A stretch of 64,000 bases of DNA from Chloroflexota bacterium (GTDB taxonomy: Bacteria > Chloroflexota > UBA5177), in assembly GCA_035295425.1 (NCBI GenBank), contig DATGJB010000149.1, forward strand, positions 8,509 through 72,508, read 5' to 3'. The notes beneath the pieces were generated by a model that searched no databases, was not told the origin of the DNA, and worked only from the letters and a program-made list of their open reading frames with translations. The position numbers and the translations under genes are program-made. Position 1 is the first letter of the stretch; the number at the start of each line of letters is the position of its first letter. Positions 45,601 through 54,330 of this stretch are shown here, one piece after another.

Positions 45601-47433
45601 ATGGACACAATCGACCCGGTACCGCACGACCGGCGGGAGCGGCTCCGCGCCCTGCGGCGCGCGCTGCGGTCACTGCCTGCCATCCTGTGGGACATGGACC
45701 GGCGCCACACCGCGCTCCTGCTCGCCGTCCAGGCGTTCCAGGCGCTGGCTCCGCTCGCGCAGCTGTGGGTGGCCAAGCTCATCGTCGACCGCCTGGTGGC
45801 GGCGCTTCACCAGCCGCATCCGCTGGACCAGGCACGCTCCATTCTCCTCCTGGTGGCGATCGAGCTGGCGATCGCGCTCGCCGGCGTCGTCGCTCGCGAA
45901 GTCGTGGCATTCCAGCGGCAGGTTCTCGCCGAGCGGTTGATCGGCCACGTCACCACGCGCATCATCGCCCACACCCAGACGCTCGATCTCGAGACCCTGG
46001 AGCGTCCCGCCTTCTACGATCACCTGCGGCGCATCGAGGAGGGCGCCTTCTACCGGCCCGCTGCCCTGCTGTTTCAGCTACTCGCAGTCCTGCAGGGTGC
46101 GGTTACCCTGGTGGTCACCGCCGTGCTGCTGGCTCGTCTGCAACCGCTTATCCTGCCGCTCCTGCTCCTCGCCGGCCTCCCCTATGCGATGGTGCAGTCG
46201 GGCGCCGCCGTGGCGCTCTTCACCCTGTCGACCGGCCAGACCTCGGAGACGCGCCGCGCCCGGTACTTCTCCCATCTGCTTACAACCGACAGTGGGGCCA
46301 GGGAGATTCGGGTGTTCGGCCTGGGCGATTACCTGCTCGGCCGGTACCGGGCGATACTTCAGATGCACGAGCGCCGCACCGCCCGCCTGGCCCGGCAGCG
46401 GGCGCTGCGCAGCATTGTGTCGGCAGTCCTGCCGGCGACTGCATACGCCGGAATCCTTGCCCTGCTGGCGCTCCAGGTCCTGCGCCGTGCCGTTACGGTG
46501 GGCGATGTGACCCTCTATCTGGGCCTGGTCCTGCGCAGCCAGGACGTTCTGCAGCAGATGATGATCGGCCTCTCCAGCATTGTCGAGAACAGCCTGTTTC
46601 TCGCGGACTACACGGCGTTTCTCGCACTCCAACCAGGAATGCGCGAGCCGGCGCAGGGGTGGGCGCCTCCTTCTCCGATCGAGCGAGGGCTCCGCTTCGA
46701 GAACGTCAGCTACCGCTATCGGGGCGCGGCGCGGGATGCCCTGAGCGGCGTGACGCTTGAGATCAAGCCGGGTGAGACCGTGGCGATCGTCGGCGAGAAC
46801 GGCGCCGGCAAGACGACCCTGGTGAAGATGCTGACCCGGCTCTACGAACCCGACGGCGGGAGAATCACGGTTGACGGCTACGATCTCCGCGACCTCGACG
46901 CCGGGGCCTGGAGACGGCAGATTGCCGTCATCTTCCAGGACTTCATCCACTACTACCTGACCGCGGCGGAGAACATCGGCTTCGGACAGATCGAGGCGCT
47001 CGACGACCAGGGCCGCATCCGTGCCGCGGCGCGTCAGGGAGGGGCGGAAGAGGTGATCGAGCGGCTCCCCGGCGGGTATGGGTCCATGCTCGGCCGGTGG
47101 TTCGATCAGGGGGTACAGCTTTCCGGTGGCGAGTGGCAGCGCATCGCCCTGGCGCGCGCCTTCATGCGGGATGCGCCGATTCTGGTGCTGGACGAGCCGA
47201 CGGCGTCACTCGACGCCCGCGCCGAGTCGCAGATCTTCTGTGACTTTCGGGAGCACAGCAGAGGCCGAACCGTCCTGCTCATCTCCCACCGCTTCTCCAC
47301 GGTGCGCGTCGCGGACCGCATCTACGTGCTGGAGGACGGGGGGATTGTCGAGTCCGGCCACCACGACGACCTGATGCGGGCCGGCGGCAGGTACGCCGAG
47401 CTCTTCCAGCTGCAGGCCGCCGGCTATCGCTGA
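45601..47433 (+). CDS. ABC exporter, fused permease and ATPase (homodimer type)
   Basis: GGAGG SD precedes ATG 45601. Walker A is GENGAGKTT, the signature is LSGGEWQRI, Walker B is ILVLDEPTA and the H-loop is SHR. The upstream part of the listed ORF (from 45121) is Ser/Arg-rich junk. Confidence 0.9.
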   Translation: MDTIDPVPHDRRERLRALRRALRSLPAILWDMDRRHTALLLAVQAFQALAPLAQLWVAKLIVDRLVAALHQPHPLDQARSILLLVAIELAIALAGVVAREVVAFQRQVLAERLIGHVTTRIIAHTQTLDLETLERPAFYDHLRRIEEGAFYRPAALLFQLLAVLQGAVTLVVTAVLLARLQPLILPLLLLAGLPYAMVQSGAAVALFTLSTGQTSETRRARYFSHLLTTDSGAREIRVFGLGDYLLGRYRAILQMHERRTARLARQRALRSIVSAVLPATAYAGILALLALQVLRRAVTVGDVTLYLGLVLRSQDVLQQMMIGLSSIVENSLFLADYTAFLALQPGMREPAQGWAPPSPIERGLRFENVSYRYRGAARDALSGVTLEIKPGETVAIVGENGAGKTTLVKMLTRLYEPDGGRITVDGYDLRDLDAGAWRRQIAVIFQDFIHYYLTAAENIGFGQIEALDDQGRIRAAARQGGAEEVIERLPGGYGSMLGRWFDQGVQLSGGEWQRIALARAFMRDAPILVLDEPTASLDARAESQIFCDFREHSRGRTVLLISHRFSTVRVADRIYVLEDGGIVESGHHDDLMRAGGRYAELFQLQAAGYR

Positions 47434-47450
47434 CGGGACGGCCGCCGACC

Positions 47451-49091
47451 CTACCCGCCGGCTCCCGGCCCGCGCACGATCCGGCCCGGCGTCGCGCCGG
47501 TATGCACGCCGCCGGCCAGCACCCGGCGGCCGTTGACCCAGACGTCGCGAATGCCCACCGAGAGGCGGTGCGAGTCCTCGAACGTTGCGCGATCGCCGAC
47601 GGTCGCTGGATCGAAGATCACCACGTCGGCGTGACAGCCGGCACGGAGCGTCCCGCGGTCGCGCAGGCCGAGCCGATTCGCTACCGCCGAGGTCATCTTC
47701 CGGATTGCGTCCTCCAGCGTGAGAATCCGCTCCTCACGCACGTACCGTCCTAGCACGCGCGGATAGGTGCCGTAGGCACGCGGGTGAGTCGGGCCTCTAG
47801 GCTCGGCCCAGGCGGGGTCGACGCCGCCGGCGTCGGTCGAGATCTTGATCCAGGGCAGCTGCAGCTGCTGCCGCAGGTTGGCCTCGTCGATACCGAAGTA
47901 GATGGTGAAGATGCGCTGGCCCTCGCCGGCCAGTAGATCGATCGCCGCGTCGATCCAGTCCTGCCCCCGCTGCTCGGCGATCTCGGCCAGGCGCCGGCCG
48001 GCATACTGGCGATTCTCCGGCAGCTCGAAGCCGACCGGCATGATCTCCTCCGGCCCGGTACCGTTGCCCATCGCCTCCCAACCGCCGGAGGGATGGAGCA
48101 CCTCCTCCCGGATGCGCGCCCGCATCGCTGGGTCGCGCAGATTTTCGTAGAACCTACCGCCCGCGGCGGCCCAGGGCGGAAAAATCGATGATAGCCCGGT
48201 GCCTGAGCCGACGTAGGGATACATATCGGCAGTCACGTCGATACCCGATTGGCGGGCACGGTCGATGCGCTCGATCACCGCCGGCATCTTGTGCCAGTTG
48301 GCCTTCCCGGATGCTTTGAGGTGGTAGATCTCGATCGGCAGCCCGGCGCGTCGCCCGATCTCGATCGCCTCTGCCACCCCCTCCAGCAGCGCGTCGGCCT
48401 CGGAGCGCAGGTGGGTGATGTAGATGCCGCCATAACGCGCCACGATTCGGCACATCTCGACGATCTCATCGGTGGAGGCATAGGCGTCGGGCGGGTAGAT
48501 CAAGGCGTAGGAAACGCCGAAGGCGCCATCCTCCATCGCCGCCTCCATCACGCCGCGCATCGTGTCCAGCTCGGCCGGCGACGACGGTCCCATGTCCATG
48601 CCGCGCCCATACTCGCGCAGCGTTCCGCCTCCCAGGAACGAGCCGATATTCGGCGCGACGCCGCGCTCCACCATCGCCTCCAGCCATTGGCCGAAGCGAG
48701 TCCAGCCCCGTGCCCGTTCGCTCCACTCCGACAGGTCGATCTCTGCGCGCGATGCATCCAGGATCGTGCCCCGCCGGCCTCCGGCCGGTGCCGGTGTCCA
48801 GGCCTCACCCATGACCTCCGTGGTGACGCCCTGCGTGATCTTGGACAGACAGCGGGAGTCGATCATCAGCGGTCTGATGGAATGGCTCTGGATGTCGATG
48901 AAGCCGGGACACACCACCATGCCGGTGGCATCGACCTCCTCACCGGCCTGGCCCTGGGAGATGCGGCCAGGGGGAACGACCGCGGCGATGCGGTCGCCGG
49001 CGAGAGCGACGTCGCCGCAGAACCACGGGTTCCCGCTGCCGTCTACCACGCGGCCACCACGGATCAGAACGTCGAGCGCAAGCGGTGCCAT
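47451..49091 (-). CDS. D-aminoacylase / N-acyl-D-amino-acid deacylase-like amidohydrolase
   Basis: The N-terminus is MAPLALDVLIRGGRVVDGSGNPWFCGDVALAGDRIAAV...PGFIDIQSHS, and the 546-aa length is typical of the family. Confidence 0.82.
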   Translation of the reverse strand: MAPLALDVLIRGGRVVDGSGNPWFCGDVALAGDRIAAVVPPGRISQGQAGEEVDATGMVVCPGFIDIQSHSIRPLMIDSRCLSKITQGVTTEVMGEAWTPAPAGGRRGTILDASRAEIDLSEWSERARGWTRFGQWLEAMVERGVAPNIGSFLGGGTLREYGRGMDMGPSSPAELDTMRGVMEAAMEDGAFGVSYALIYPPDAYASTDEIVEMCRIVARYGGIYITHLRSEADALLEGVAEAIEIGRRAGLPIEIYHLKASGKANWHKMPAVIERIDRARQSGIDVTADMYPYVGSGTGLSSIFPPWAAAGGRFYENLRDPAMRARIREEVLHPSGGWEAMGNGTGPEEIMPVGFELPENRQYAGRRLAEIAEQRGQDWIDAAIDLLAGEGQRIFTIYFGIDEANLRQQLQLPWIKISTDAGGVDPAWAEPRGPTHPRAYGTYPRVLGRYVREERILTLEDAIRKMTSAVANRLGLRDRGTLRAGCHADVVIFDPATVGDRATFEDSHRLSVGIRDVWVNGRRVLAGGVHTGATPGRIVRGPGAGG

Positions 49092-49092
49092 C

Positions 49093-49905
49093 TCACGGCT
49101 CCTGACAGTGCGCCGGGAGGCCGGCATGCACCGCCTCACCGTACGCGGAATAGTCAATTGTCGTCGATTGGTCGACGCGCACTCGGCCCCGTTGAAACCG
49201 CGAATGAAATACCTCGCGGCGCAGCGTGCCATCCCGCCGGCTGACCAGCTCAAAGGCGACGTACGGTTCGCGCTGCGTGCCGGCCTGCCGCGTGCCGGTG
49301 ACCCGTACCTGCCAGACCGGCTGGCCGCCGGCGGTAGCGGCGCCCAGATTGAGCACTGCGCCGATCTGGTCGGAACGAAGCGCGATGAGCGCCGGAGGAG
49401 CCTGGGCGGCAACCCGAAATCCGCCTGCACACACCCAGAAACCAGACTGCGGCATCCGGGCGCCATGATCGCCAACCGCGACCACCTGCTGTGTCGCGCT
49501 GAAAACCATCTGCCGCCTGCCATGACGCATCTCGCTGAGCTGTTCGGAGACGGTGAGGCGCAGGATCCGGTGGCGGAACGAGACGTCACCCACCTCCCTG
49601 GTGACATCAATGCCACCGGCAGAATCACGCTGCTCGCTCCGGTAGACCTCGTGGAAGCTGCCCCGGGCCAGCGTGGCGGCGGTCGCTCGCTGGAGCAGGA
49701 TGCTCCCGGAGGGCGCGGTCGCCGCGTCGAGTGGGACGGCGCCGCGGTCACACAGAGCGGCCGGCAGCCACGCCATGAGGCAGGCCAGCCGCCACAGGCG
49801 CCGGCTGGTGCGACGCTTCCTCGCGCCGGTCCGGAAGCTATAGCTGTAGCACGTGCCCTCGGATCTCCTCCAGGCGAGCCGGCCGCCCGCCGCCGGGCGC
49901 CTCAC
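49093..49905 (-). CDS. Hypothetical protein (basic N-terminus plus hydrophobic anchor)
   Basis: It fills the gap between two minus-strand genes. Its start forms a GTGA overlap with the upstream stop, and its stop lies 1 nt from the downstream ATG. No family was recognised, and a long shadow ORF lies on the opposite strand. Confidence 0.45.
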   Translation of the reverse strand: MRRPAAGGRLAWRRSEGTCYSYSFRTGARKRRTSRRLWRLACLMAWLPAALCDRGAVPLDAATAPSGSILLQRATAATLARGSFHEVYRSEQRDSAGGIDVTREVGDVSFRHRILRLTVSEQLSEMRHGRRQMVFSATQQVVAVGDHGARMPQSGFWVCAGGFRVAAQAPPALIALRSDQIGAVLNLGAATAGGQPVWQVRVTGTRQAGTQREPYVAFELVSRRDGTLRREVFHSRFQRGRVRVDQSTTIDYSAYGEAVHAGLPAHCQEP

Positions 49906-50930
49906 GAAGGACCGGCGGCCGTCATCTCACCTGCCGCTGTACGGTACGCCTGGTCGATCGACGCCGCCAGGGTGGCGCGCTCCTCTGCGGACACAAACGC
50001 GGCGCGCGCAGCGTAGATGCCGATCCGGCGCAGATCGTCGATGCCGAAGCCCAGCTCATCCACCAGCAGCCGGCACTCGCGCTCGATGTCGGTGAAGAAC
50101 GGGAGCGGATCGTCGGAGCTCACCGTCACCGGGACCCCGAGGTCGTAGAGCAGCCGGATCGGATGCGAGGGGAGGTCCGTGACCGTCGCGGTGCGAACGT
50201 TACTGGTCGGACAGATCTCGAGCGTCACATCGCCCTGCTCGAGACGGCTCAGCAGCTCCGGATCCTCGACCGACCGGATGCCGTGTCCGATACGCCTCGC
50301 ACCGAGCACGTCGAGGGCTTCCCACACGCTCTCCGGTCCCAGCGCCTCCCCGGCGTGGGCCCGCAGACCAAGCCCGCACTCCGCTGCCAGCCGGTAGGCG
50401 GGGAGAAATTCAGCGGGCGGTCCGGACGCCTCGTCGCCGTGCAGATCGATGCCGGCGATGCCAATCCCCCGGTCGCGGGCCTGGGCCGCGAGCTCGACAC
50501 GGTAGACCGCGAGCTCCACCGGCAGTGTCCGCATCAGACCGGCGATGAAGCCGATCCGGATCGGAAACCGAAGCTCGGCCCGCCGCCGTTCCTCCTCGAG
50601 CGCCTCCACCACCGGCCAGAAACGCGTGTCGTCGCCGACCACGGTAACCGGCGGCTCGAAGCTGATCTCGGTGTAGATCGCTCGCCGGGCCGCCTGGTCC
50701 TCGAAGCACTCCCGCGCCACCCGCGCGTACTCGTCGGGCCGGAACGGTGTGCGGGGCGTGAGCTGGGCCATGAACCCGGCGAAGTCGGTGAACGTATAGT
50801 AGTGACGCTCCCACCCCACCTCGAGCGGGCCCGTCCGGCCGAGACGCACCTGCGACATCTCGCGGACCGTCTCCGGGCGCAGCGCGCCCTCCAGGTGCAG
50901 GTGGAGCTCGATCTTCGGCAGCGGCGACAC
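49902..50930 (-). CDS. add: Adenosine deaminase
   Basis: KIELHLHLEGALRP, HAGE and VTVSSDDP motifs are present. Confidence 0.9.
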   Translation of the reverse strand: MSPLPKIELHLHLEGALRPETVREMSQVRLGRTGPLEVGWERHYYTFTDFAGFMAQLTPRTPFRPDEYARVARECFEDQAARRAIYTEISFEPPVTVVGDDTRFWPVVEALEEERRRAELRFPIRIGFIAGLMRTLPVELAVYRVELAAQARDRGIGIAGIDLHGDEASGPPAEFLPAYRLAAECGLGLRAHAGEALGPESVWEALDVLGARRIGHGIRSVEDPELLSRLEQGDVTLEICPTSNVRTATVTDLPSHPIRLLYDLGVPVTVSSDDPLPFFTDIERECRLLVDELGFGIDDLRRIGIYAARAAFVSAEERATLAASIDQAYRTAAGEMTAAGPS

Positions 50931-51112
50931 CCACTCGCTGGCAGTGGTGATGGTACCTATAGCCTGGATGGTTGCGCTCCCGTATCGGCGGTGAGGTCAA
51001 AGGGGACCGGCTCGAGGCCGCCGGTTGACGGCGAAACCAGCGGCCCGGGATGATGAGATTGTATCGACGTACCGTCAAGGCGGCAAGGCCGGTCCACCTG
51101 CCGAAGGTCCCC

Positions 51113-51141
51113 TTGACGGATAGGTACTTCTCCGCTATCGT
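51113..51141 (+). promoter_or_regulatory. Candidate sigma70-type promoter of the metallophosphoesterase gene
   Basis: TTGACG (51113-51118) is followed by a 17-nt spacer and TATCGT (51136-51141), about 45 nt upstream of ATG 51187. Confidence 0.4.
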
Positions 51142-51186
51142 GGGCCCAGCTACCGGGGAGGAAAGACTCACAGGAGAAGGTCGTCC

Positions 51187-53031
51187 ATGGGGCGTGTGCT
51201 CTGCATCGCCGTCGCCGCGCTACTGCTGCTGGCCGTTACCGGACCGGTTCAACATCCTCATCCGACGTTCGCATCCGGCAAGCCACCGATCGCCTATCCC
51301 GGCCGCAAGGGCGGCCCGACGCCAACCTCGACTCGCCCACCGTCGCCGACCAGCACACCCGGCGGAGCGCAGGGGGATATCACCATCGCGGCGGCGGGCG
51401 ACATCGCATGCACGCCGGGCGCACCTGTCACCTCGACCACCTGTCACCAGCAGCAGACCTCGAATCTGTTGCTGGCCGGACAGTACGCTGCAGTGCTGGC
51501 GCTGGGCGACACGCAGTACAACTCCGGAACGCTGGTCGAGTTCCAGGGCTCATACGATCCCACCTGGGGCCGCGTGAAGTCGAGCACCTATCCCGAGGCC
51601 GGCAACCACGAGTACAACACGCCGGGCGCATCCGGCTACTTCGCCTACTTCGGCTCGATTGCCGGCGATCCGAGCAAGGGATACTACTCCTTCAATCTGG
51701 GAGCCTGGCACATCATCGCCGTCAACAGCAACTGCGCGCAGCTCTCCGGCGGCTGTGCCGCCGGGAGCCCGGAAGAGCAGTGGTTGCGATCCGACCTGCA
51801 AGCGCACCCCGGCGTCTGCACCCTCGCCTTCTGGCACCATCCGCGCTGGTCATCCGGCGATGAGGGCGACAAGGCCTACATGCAGCCGATCTGGCAGGAT
51901 CTGTACACTTACCACGCCGCGCTGGCGCTCACCGGCCACGACCACGACTACGAGCGCTTCGCACCGCAGGACGCGAACGGCCAGCTCGACACCGCGAACG
52001 GCGTACGTGAGTTCGTGGTGGGCACCGGCGGCTTCGACCATGGCCTCCTGTACCGCCAGCCGGAGCCGAATACCCAGGTACGCGACGACACCACTTTCGG
52101 AGTCCTGCAGCTGACGCTGCACCAGTCCGGCTACGACTGGCAGTTCGTGCCGGAAGCCGGCGGCACCTTCACCGACTCCGGCAGCGGCGCCTGTCCCGGC
52201 GTGAAATCGCCAACTCCAACGCCGACCGCCACGGCCACGGCCACGGCAACCATTACCCCGACTCCGACGCAGACACCCACGCCATCCCCCACGGCGACAG
52301 TTGTGCCGACCGCGAGCACCACGGTCACGCCAACCGTCACCCCGATTCCGACCATGACGCCTACCAGCAGCGCAACTCCGACTCCCAGTCCCACGCCGAG
52401 CGGTCCGCCGCTCGCCGGCGGGACGCTCGTCGGGCAGGACTCGTTCGCGGGACGAAGTGTGAGCGGCGGCTGGGGAACGGCCAGCGACGGGCTCCCCTGG
52501 ACGCTTCAGTCCGGAACCAGCAGCATGCTCTCGGTGGGCGGGAATGAGGGACGAATCACCGGCAACCCGTCGAGCAGCTACCAGACGCTGACGCTCGGGA
52601 CCGCGACGCCGGTCAACGCCGAGGTGGTGGCACGTTACAGCACCGGCAGCTTCAAGGACGATGTCGGCAGGTTGCTGCTGCGCTACAGCGATTCGTCAGA
52701 CTTCTACGCGGCCGGCCTGGGCTCGCCCGCCGGAACCATCGAGCTCCAGGTGACGAAGACGGCAGGCGGCATATCGTCGCAGCTCTGCTCCATCCCCTTC
52801 TCGACCACCAACAACACCTTCTACTGGGAGCGAGTGCGGGTGCAAAACCAGGGCCCGAGCGCGACCATCTCGGTGAAAGCGTGGGCCGACGGCACGGCCG
52901 AGCCCTCCAGCTGGCAGCTGAGCTGCACCGACGGCAGCCCGTTACCTGCCGGACTGACCGGCGTCAATGCCTGGGACGGTGGGGTGAGCTGGTCGCTCGA
53001 CACCTTCTCGGCCGGTGACCTGGGCGGCTGA
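51187..53031 (+). CDS. Secreted calcineurin-like metallophosphoesterase with Pro/Thr linker and C-terminal jelly-roll/lectin-like domain
   Basis: The signal peptide is MGRVLCIAVAALLLLAV. GDIAC, GDTQYN, GNHEY and GHDHDYER motifs are present. AGGAGAAGG SD lies upstream. Confidence 0.85.
   Translation: MGRVLCIAVAALLLLAVTGPVQHPHPTFASGKPPIAYPGRKGGPTPTSTRPPSPTSTPGGAQGDITIAAAGDIACTPGAPVTSTTCHQQQTSNLLLAGQYAAVLALGDTQYNSGTLVEFQGSYDPTWGRVKSSTYPEAGNHEYNTPGASGYFAYFGSIAGDPSKGYYSFNLGAWHIIAVNSNCAQLSGGCAAGSPEEQWLRSDLQAHPGVCTLAFWHHPRWSSGDEGDKAYMQPIWQDLYTYHAALALTGHDHDYERFAPQDANGQLDTANGVREFVVGTGGFDHGLLYRQPEPNTQVRDDTTFGVLQLTLHQSGYDWQFVPEAGGTFTDSGSGACPGVKSPTPTPTATATATATITPTPTQTPTPSPTATVVPTASTTVTPTVTPIPTMTPTSSATPTPSPTPSGPPLAGGTLVGQDSFAGRSVSGGWGTASDGLPWTLQSGTSSMLSVGGNEGRITGNPSSSYQTLTLGTATPVNAEVVARYSTGSFKDDVGRLLLRYSDSSDFYAAGLGSPAGTIELQVTKTAGGISSQLCSIPFSTTNNTFYWERVRVQNQGPSATISVKAWADGTAEPSSWQLSCTDGSPLPAGLTGVNAWDGGVSWSLDTFSAGDLGG
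52210..52401 (+). repeat. Low-complexity Pro/Thr/Ala linker (PTPTPTATATATATITPTPTQTPTPSPT...)
   Basis: Read directly from the translation. It separates the phosphoesterase domain from the C-terminal domain. Confidence 0.9.
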
Positions 53032-53347
53032 GCCACCACCGCCGCCTTCGTCCGCCCTTCCTTCCGCAGGCGAGTCCTTCCGGCACTCCCTCGAACCGCT
53101 CCTACCGTCGTGGGCGCAACTGTGCGCTCCGCCTGGGCCCATCTCCCCGGAGAGCGTGCCACCGGCGGCGGACTCACGAGTGCGGGATCTGGGCTTCGTC
53201 GAGAGGAGACCGGATGCTCTCCACCACGCGGCGAAGTCGCGCGTGAGCGCGGCGAAGATACGCTCCGGGCCGGAGTCGAGCCGTACCCCGCCATTCCGAT
53301 CGCCGAAGCGCGAGCCCCGTGGAACGCATGGGGGACGATCCCGGCGC

Positions 53348-53353
53348 TACAAT
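53348..53353 (+). promoter_or_regulatory. Candidate -10 box (TACAAT)
   Basis: TACAAT lies in the intergenic region 55 nt upstream of ATG 53408. No clear -35 element was found. Confidence 0.25.
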
Positions 53354-53407
53354 GGCAGCATTCATGCGGATATCCGGTGTCTCCGGCACCGGCGGAAGGA
53401 GTGGTCG

Positions 53408-54061
53408 ATGAACCCGTCACATCTTCTCTCATCTCAGCGCCGGGTCCGCTCCGCTCTCGCGCTGCTGGCACTGACCGCCTCGGTGGGAGCGCTCCCCGTG
53501 GCCGTGCCGGCCCACGCCGCGGCGCCGCGTGCTTCTCTGTCATCGCTGGCACTGTCCGGCTCCGACGTGCAGCACGCCTTCGGCAGTGGATTCAAGACCT
53601 ACAACTACACAACAACAGGCTCTGCCGGCACGACCTCCGGGTACACGTTTCGCCAGATCGGCCTGGCCGCCTGGTACGAGCGCGCCTTCATCAAGAACAT
53701 CGCGAGCCTGGTGAATGGAACCGCGGCCTCCGGCACGTACTCGGTCGGCAGCGTGATCTACCGGTTCAAGTCAACCTCCTACGCCGACGCCGCCGTGCGG
53801 TATGCGCTCAAACACAAGATCTGGAGCCAGAAGGGGTACAAATATCAGGTCACACGAACAGGCGGCGTGGGCAGCATCGCGGTGACTATCACCTCGACCG
53901 AGACGTTCAACGCGTACAAGATCCATGTCCTCGGGATCGGCTTCGAGCGCGGCGCCTATGTCGCGGCGGTCTTTGTCTTTGGCTTTGGCGCAACTGCCAG
54001 CGTTTCGACGACCACCTCTCTGGCGCGGCTCGTCGACGCGCGCATCAAGGCGCACGGGTAA
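53408..54061 (+). CDS. Hypothetical secreted protein
   Basis: GGAAGGAG SD is present. The signal peptide reads ...ALALLALTASVGALPVAVPAHAAAP. No family was recognised. Confidence 0.6.
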   Translation: MNPSHLLSSQRRVRSALALLALTASVGALPVAVPAHAAAPRASLSSLALSGSDVQHAFGSGFKTYNYTTTGSAGTTSGYTFRQIGLAAWYERAFIKNIASLVNGTAASGTYSVGSVIYRFKSTSYADAAVRYALKHKIWSQKGYKYQVTRTGGVGSIAVTITSTETFNAYKIHVLGIGFERGAYVAAVFVFGFGATASVSTTTSLARLVDARIKAHG

Positions 54062-54294
54062 AGCAACCAGGTCCGGGAGCTCGACCGGACCGTCCCTGTG
54101 CCGGCGTTAACCGCCCCATGACCGAGCGCGGAGGCCATCTCCCGCTGCTGCGGCCCAGGCGGGAACCAGGACGGCCGGCGGCTGCTCCCGGTACCGGCGA
54201 ACTACACCCTCGTCGCCTACCATGAGAGCTCGGACAAGGCTCGTGAATCAGCGGAGGGGGACGCCGGCGTCTCCTCCGCGCGTTTGTACGATCA

Positions 54295-54324
54295 TTGGGT
54301 AAAATGTCAAATACCTGATACAAT
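54295..54324 (+). promoter_or_regulatory. Candidate promoter positioned for a leaderless helicase mRNA
   Basis: TTGGGT (54295-54300) is followed by an 18-nt spacer and TACAAT (54319-54324). The GTG start codon (54331) begins 7 nt after the -10 element. There is no SD, and the local sequence is AT-rich. Confidence 0.4.
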
Positions 54325-54330
54325 AGATCT

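Noticed and set aside
48562-50016. 484-aa plus-strand ORF
   Set aside because: It is antisense to the D-aminoacylase, hypothetical and adenosine deaminase genes. It is Ser/Arg/Pro-rich.
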